From: an uncultured Pelagibacteraceae bacterium
Lineage (GTDB): Bacteria > Pseudomonadota > Alphaproteobacteria > Pelagibacterales > Pelagibacteraceae
DNA length: 64,000 nt
Assembly (NCBI GenBank): GCA_902532525.1
Contig: CACAIK010000003.1
Coordinates: 18,449-82,448 of the forward strand
Direction of reading: 5' to 3'
The notes beneath the pieces were generated by a model. It ran no database searches and had not been told where the DNA came from. It saw only the letters and a program-made list of their open reading frames with translations. The first letter of the stretch is position 1; each line of letters opens with the position of its first letter. Shown in pieces: positions 59,511 through 64,000 of the stretch. The position numbers were made by a program, and so were the translations under genes.

Positions 59511-60701
59511 ATGAAAAAATTACTGATAGGTATATTCGTGTTTATCTTAAGCTTTACTTCAAAAGCTTTTTCAGATGGGCATGGAATTAAAATGGGTATT
59601 ATTTTAGGATTTACTGGTCCAATTGAAACCCTAACACCTGCAATGGCTGCTTCAGCTGAACTTGCTTTTAAAGAAGCTTCAGATTCTGGCTCATTACTTG
59701 GTGGAAAAAAAATATCTGTAGAAAGAGCTGACTCAACTTGTGTTGATTCTGCTGCTGCTACAACTGCTGCTGAAGGTTTAGTTTCAGGTGGTGTTGTTGC
59801 TATTATGGGTGCTGATTGTTCTGGTGTTACAGGTGCAATAGCAACTAATGTTGCCGTACCTAATGGTGTTGTTATGATCTCACCATCAGCTACATCTCCA
59901 GGATTAACTGATCTTAATGATAATGGTTATTTCTTTAGAACTGCTCCATCAGATGCTAGAGGTGGACAAGTCTTAGCGGATATTACAAAGGACAGAAAAG
60001 TTAAATCATTAGCTGTAACTCATACTAACAATGACTACGGAAAAGGTTTAGCTGATGTTTATGTAGCTGCAGTTAAAGCTCATGGTATTAAAGTAACAGC
60101 TGTTACAGCACACGAAGAAGGTAAAGGTGACTATGGTGCAGAAGTAGCTACACTTGCAGCAGCGGGTGGAGATGCTCTTGCTGTTTTAGGTTATTTAGAT
60201 CAAGCTGGTGGTAGTATAATTCAAGGATCATTAGACTCTGGATCATTTGATACTTTTGTTCTTTCAGATGGAATGATTGGTGACTCTCTTACCGACAGAT
60301 TTGGAAAAGATTTAAATAAATCATTTGGATCTTTACCTGGATCAATGGGTAAAGGTGCTGGCATATTTAAAGAAGTTGCTAGTGCTGGTGGTATTGATTC
60401 ATCAGGTCCTTACACAGGTGAAAGTTATGACGCGGCAGCCTTGATCACGCTTGCAATGCAGGCTGGTGGAAAAGCTGACAGAATGACTGTTCAAAAAAAT
60501 GTAATGTCAGTAGCCAATGCTCCTGGAACAAAAATTTATCCAGGTGAATTAAAGAAAGCACTTGATTTATTAGCTAAAGGTAAAGCGGTAAACTATGAAG
60601 GTGCTACAGCTGTTGAATTTACAGATGTTGGTGAAGCTTTTGGATCTTTTATTGAAAAAGAAATAAAAGGTGGAAAGTTTAAAGACAAAAAGCAAAGATA
60701 A
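59511..60701 (+). CDS. LivJ-type (PBP1) ABC substrate-binding protein
   Basis: Signal peptide; GADCSGVT, ISPSATSP, FFRTAPSD, NDYGKGL; SD AAGGGA. Confidence 0.88.
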   Translation: MKKLLIGIFVFILSFTSKAFSDGHGIKMGIILGFTGPIETLTPAMAASAELAFKEASDSGSLLGGKKISVERADSTCVDSAAATTAAEGLVSGGVVAIMGADCSGVTGAIATNVAVPNGVVMISPSATSPGLTDLNDNGYFFRTAPSDARGGQVLADITKDRKVKSLAVTHTNNDYGKGLADVYVAAVKAHGIKVTAVTAHEEGKGDYGAEVATLAAAGGDALAVLGYLDQAGGSIIQGSLDSGSFDTFVLSDGMIGDSLTDRFGKDLNKSFGSLPGSMGKGAGIFKEVASAGGIDSSGPYTGESYDAAALITLAMQAGGKADRMTVQKNVMSVANAPGTKIYPGELKKALDLLAKGKAVNYEGATAVEFTDVGEAFGSFIEKEIKGGKFKDKKQR

Positions 60702-60708
60702 TTAGAAA

Positions 60709-60740
60709 TTAAAACCCCAGTTTCTTAACTGGGGTTTTAA
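60709..60740. terminator. Intrinsic terminator between convergent genes (probably bidirectional)
   Basis: TTAAAACCCCAGTT-TCTT-AACTGGGGTTTTAA perfect inverted repeat. Confidence 0.88.
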
Positions 60741-60804
60741 AATAAATATTTGTCAGATAAATAAAATATTAATCCTAAAACAATACCTAATAAAATATAA
60801 TACA

Positions 60805-62175
60805 TTATTGTTTGATGATTTTTTCTGGAATAATTCCTTGTGGTCTATATCGCATTATTAAAAGTAAACCAATTCCAATAACCAAGAATCTAAAATATGG
60901 AGCACTTTCAATTAAGTGAACTCTAACTGCATTAGTTTCTGGCAGATGGGATGTAAACAAATTAATTAAAAATAATGCAATTGGAGCAGCTTCGACCCAT
61001 AAAAACCAAACTACAAATCCCCCCAATATTGCTCCGAAATTATTTCCTGTTCCGCCTACTATAACCATAACCCAAATTACAAAAGTATATCTCATAGGTC
61101 TGTAGCTACCTGGTGTAAACAAACCGTCATTTGTAACCATCATAGCTCCAGCTAAGCCAACAATTGCAGATCCCAAAATAAAAATAAGAAGATGCTCTTT
61201 AACAATATTTTTACCCATTGCACTTGCCGCCTCTTCATTATCTCTTATAGCTCTCATTTTTCTTCCCCAAGGTGAATAAAGGGCTTTCTGTGTCACAATT
61301 AACAAGATAATAACAACAGTTAGAAATAAACCTGTAAAACATAATTTTACATAGACCGATGAAGCATCAATAACCATTTGATTTAGAGCTTCTTGCTTAT
61401 CAGAGATTGAATTAATCAAATTTAATTTTGATGAATTAAATTTTGTAACTAAATTTATAAACCATTCTGAAGTTTGTAGATCTATTTCGTATGGTGCTGG
61501 TCTTTTTAATCCTATTACATTTTTTACACCTCTTGCCAACCATTCCTCATGTTTAATAATTGAAACGATAATTTCTGCTATTAATAATGTTGCAATAGCT
61601 AAATAATCTGCACGAAGACCTAATGCGATCTTTCCTATGACAAATGCTAAACCGCCAGCCAAAAGCGCACCAAAAATCCAGGAAAATAAAACGGGTAATC
61701 CCATGCCACCGAGAAATCCTGTCTTTGCTGGATCAACTGACTCTATAGCTTCTATTCCTGGTGCAGCAGTTACTCTTAGTAAAATTATTCCACCCAAGAT
61801 TACAGAAGCAACTGAGTAATTTCTTAATTTAGACTTATCAAATCTATTAAGTATAAATTTAACTACAAAGATAATTGCAACAATTATCCATATACAAGCT
61901 AAAATATTTAAACCTCCAACTTGCCAAGATTTTTTGACTGGTTCAACCGAAACTAAAACTACAGCTAATCCTCCTAATGCTGTATATCCCATTATCCCAA
62001 AATTAATTAATCCAGCATAACCCCATTGTATATTTGCTCCAATTGTCATAACTGCAGAAATTAAACAATAATTTAAAATAGTTAATGCTATAGACCAGGA
62101 TTGAAATATCCCAACCAAAATTATTAAAAATATCATGATTGAATATGCGGCGATGACATTTTTATAATTCCTCAT
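60805..62175 (-). CDS. livM: Liv-type ABC permease
   Basis: NIQWGYAGLINFG, LRADYLAIAT, SPWGR.MRAIRDNE, VIVGG. Confidence 0.9.
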   Translation of the reverse strand: MRNYKNVIAAYSIMIFLIILVGIFQSWSIALTILNYCLISAVMTIGANIQWGYAGLINFGIMGYTALGGLAVVLVSVEPVKKSWQVGGLNILACIWIIVAIIFVVKFILNRFDKSKLRNYSVASVILGGIILLRVTAAPGIEAIESVDPAKTGFLGGMGLPVLFSWIFGALLAGGLAFVIGKIALGLRADYLAIATLLIAEIIVSIIKHEEWLARGVKNVIGLKRPAPYEIDLQTSEWFINLVTKFNSSKLNLINSISDKQEALNQMVIDASSVYVKLCFTGLFLTVVIILLIVTQKALYSPWGRKMRAIRDNEEAASAMGKNIVKEHLLIFILGSAIVGLAGAMMVTNDGLFTPGSYRPMRYTFVIWVMVIVGGTGNNFGAILGGFVVWFLWVEAAPIALFLINLFTSHLPETNAVRVHLIESAPYFRFLVIGIGLLLIMRYRPQGIIPEKIIKQ

Positions 62176-63182
62176 ATTACTTTTCCTTTAAAGATACCTG
62201 ACGGCCTTATTAATAAAACAATTACTAAAATTGAGAATGAAACTGCAAACTTGTAATCTGTCGATAATAATTGGAGTAAAGAATCTGGCTCAAGATGTTC
62301 AGGTAATAGATATGAAATAAATCTTTTGTATGCGTAAGTTACAAATATTTCTGCAAAGGCTATAACGTATCCACCTAGGAAGGCTCCAAATGGATTTCCG
62401 ATTCCCCCAACAATTGCTGCGGCGAATATTGGAAGCATATTATTAAAATAAACAAAAGGTCTATAACTTTTATCTAAACCGTATAATACTCCACCAATAG
62501 TGGCCAAAATTCCTGCGATGACCCATGTTATCAAAACAACTCTCTTAGGATCTATACCAGACAATAATGCTAAATCTTCATTGTCTGAATAAGCTCTCAT
62601 ACTTGTTCCAGTTTTAGTTCTATTTAAAAACCAAAACATTATTGAAACAACAACTAAAGTTACGATTATTGTTATTGCTTGTGTTGATTTTAAAGTTATA
62701 CCTTCTGCAAGACCAGTCATTTCTTTAAATTCCGTTGCTTTAATTATAAATTTTTCACCATCTAAAAATCTTCTATCAGATGGTCCAATGATTATTCTAA
62801 TTAAGGCTTGAGTGACAAACATAACCCCTACACTAACCATTGCAAACTGAACTGGAGGACTTTTTTTTATCCTGTAATAACTGAAAACAAATTTATCTAT
62901 GATTAACATATATAAAATCATCATAAGGATGGCGAAAGGAATTGTTAAAAGTGCTGTTGGTAAAAAACCTAATCCAAAACCTAAAGACTGAAAATAATAT
63001 GTTAGAATAACTGCAAACATTGTTCCAAAAGACATCATGTCTCCGGTTGCAAAATTAGCAAATCTTAAAACTGCATAAATTAAAGTGACAAAAATAGCAC
63101 CTAAAGCTAATTGTGAACCATAAGCTAACGCTGGTATTACTGTGAAATTAAAAAGTACAATTATTGCATTTAAGAAATCCAT
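62172..63182 (-). CDS. livH: Liv-type ABC permease
   Basis: RFANFATG, TKTG.SMRA.SDN, AAIVGGIG, RPSGIF. Confidence 0.9.
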   Translation of the reverse strand: MDFLNAIIVLFNFTVIPALAYGSQLALGAIFVTLIYAVLRFANFATGDMMSFGTMFAVILTYYFQSLGFGLGFLPTALLTIPFAILMMILYMLIIDKFVFSYYRIKKSPPVQFAMVSVGVMFVTQALIRIIIGPSDRRFLDGEKFIIKATEFKEMTGLAEGITLKSTQAITIIVTLVVVSIMFWFLNRTKTGTSMRAYSDNEDLALLSGIDPKRVVLITWVIAGILATIGGVLYGLDKSYRPFVYFNNMLPIFAAAIVGGIGNPFGAFLGGYVIAFAEIFVTYAYKRFISYLLPEHLEPDSLLQLLSTDYKFAVSFSILVIVLLIRPSGIFKGKVI

Positions 63183-63889
63183 TACGCTCCCAAAAATGAT
63201 CTACGAACTTCGGGATCCTCAAGCAAATCATTACCGGATCCCTCAAATTTATTTTGACCTGTTACCAATACATAGCCTCGATCTGAAATACTTAATGCTT
63301 GCTTTGCGTTTTGCTCAACCATAATAACGGCAACATTTGTTTTTTTAACTTTTATTATATGTTCAAACAATTCATCCATTACAATTGGAGAAACTCCAGC
63401 TGTGGGCTCATCTAACATAAGAACTGATGGATCACTCATTAAAGCTCTTCCAAGCGCGACTTGCTGACGTTGTCCGCCAGATAATTGTCCGACGACTTGG
63501 GATTTTTTTTCACTTAAAATTGGAAATAAACTATAAATACTCTCAATTTTATTTTCTAAACTACCTTCTGTCAAAAAGCCACCAATCTCTAAATTTTCTC
63601 TTACAGTCAATTCAGCAAATACATTTCTTGTTTGTGGAACAAATGAAATACCCTTTTTTACTCGATCTTGAGGATTAATTTTTGAAATATCTTCGCCATT
63701 CAAAGTTACAGAGCCTGATTTTAATTTTAATAATCCGAGCATCGCTTTCATGGCTGTTGATTTACCAGCACCATTGGGACCTAGAATAGCTACTATCTCT
63801 CCCCTATTGGCAGTTATGGAACATGAACTAATAATATCAGGTCCATCCCCATAACCTGCTGTCATTTTTGCTCCTTCAAAGTATGCCAT
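63182..63889 (-). CDS. livF: Liv-type ABC ATPase
   Basis: GPNGAGKST, VPQ, LSGGQRQ, LDEPTAG, VEQN. Confidence 0.92.
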   Translation of the reverse strand: MAYFEGAKMTAGYGDGPDIISSCSITANRGEIVAILGPNGAGKSTAMKAMLGLLKLKSGSVTLNGEDISKINPQDRVKKGISFVPQTRNVFAELTVRENLEIGGFLTEGSLENKIESIYSLFPILSEKKSQVVGQLSGGQRQQVALGRALMSDPSVLMLDEPTAGVSPIVMDELFEHIIKVKKTNVAVIMVEQNAKQALSISDRGYVLVTGQNKFEGSGNDLLEDPEVRRSFLGA

Positions 63890-63999
63890 TAATTTTCTTT
63901 TTTTGTTAAGTTTGACTTTCCAAGATAGCTCTCAATTACTTTTTCATTTTTTTTTACTTCTTCAGATGTTCCTTCAAACAAAACAGAGCCATCTGCCAT
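63889..63999 (-). CDS. livG: Liv-type ABC ATPase, C-terminal fragment; 5' part outside window
   Basis: Hand translation ...MADGSVLFEGTSEEVKKNEKVIESYLGKSNLTKKEN*, a typical LivG tail; stop overlaps the livF ATG. Confidence 0.75.
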   Translation of the reverse strand: MADGSVLFEGTSEEVKKNEKVIESYLGKSNLTKKEN

Positions 64000-64000
64000 T

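Noticed and set aside
4503-63678. About 45 short (60-104 aa) ORFs in the track lying antisense or out of frame within long genes
   Set aside because: They overlap well-supported CDSs, have no recognisable motifs, and show the Ser/Ile/Leu/Phe-rich composition typical of shadow ORFs.
1-64000. CRISPR array, tRNA/rRNA, IS, integrase, prophage or defence system
   Set aside because: No periodic repeats or recombinase, transposase or nuclease ORFs; the intergenic gaps are short and show no tRNA-like structure.

Overview
A very AT-rich, gene-dense window with many 0-4 bp gaps or overlapping start/stop codons. I recognise no transcription-factor gene, mobile element, rRNA/tRNA or CRISPR array. Gene content and style fit a streamlined marine alphaproteobacterium of the SAR11/Pelagibacterales type (inference, not verified). 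The left ~16 kb is mostly housekeeping (dpaL end, photolyase, yjbQ, zapE, BamB-like, YfgM-like, acnA, csaA, argE, speB, FadN-type dehydrogenase) and includes an unannotated 44-aa membrane microprotein coupled to speB. The rest is a ~47 kb block for scavenging osmolytes and methylated compounds, with four ABC importers. (1) An uncharacterised family-5 ABC plus catabolic operon (two THF-methyltransferases including a DmdA paralogue with an apparently altered pocket, peptidase E, an FMN 2-hydroxy-acid dehydrogenase, a ThDP C-C lyase and a non-canonical HIU-hydrolase-like protein). This is my best candidate for an undescribed pathway. (2) EutA/EutD ectoine-type genes upstream of a PotABCD-like importer. 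(3) A cluster with two homocysteine S-methyltransferases that appear to carry His in place of a Zn-ligand Cys, plus a variant MsrA, an amidase and a NylB-like hydrolase. (4) A gamma-butyrobetaine/carnitine-to-betaine route with a ProU-type importer, a CitE-like lyase and BetA. (5) A Liv-type importer. All four substrate-binding-protein genes have a 5' palindrome plus strong Shine-Dalgarno and a 3' GC-rich hairpin. Functional calls come from recognising motifs by eye; no database search was run.
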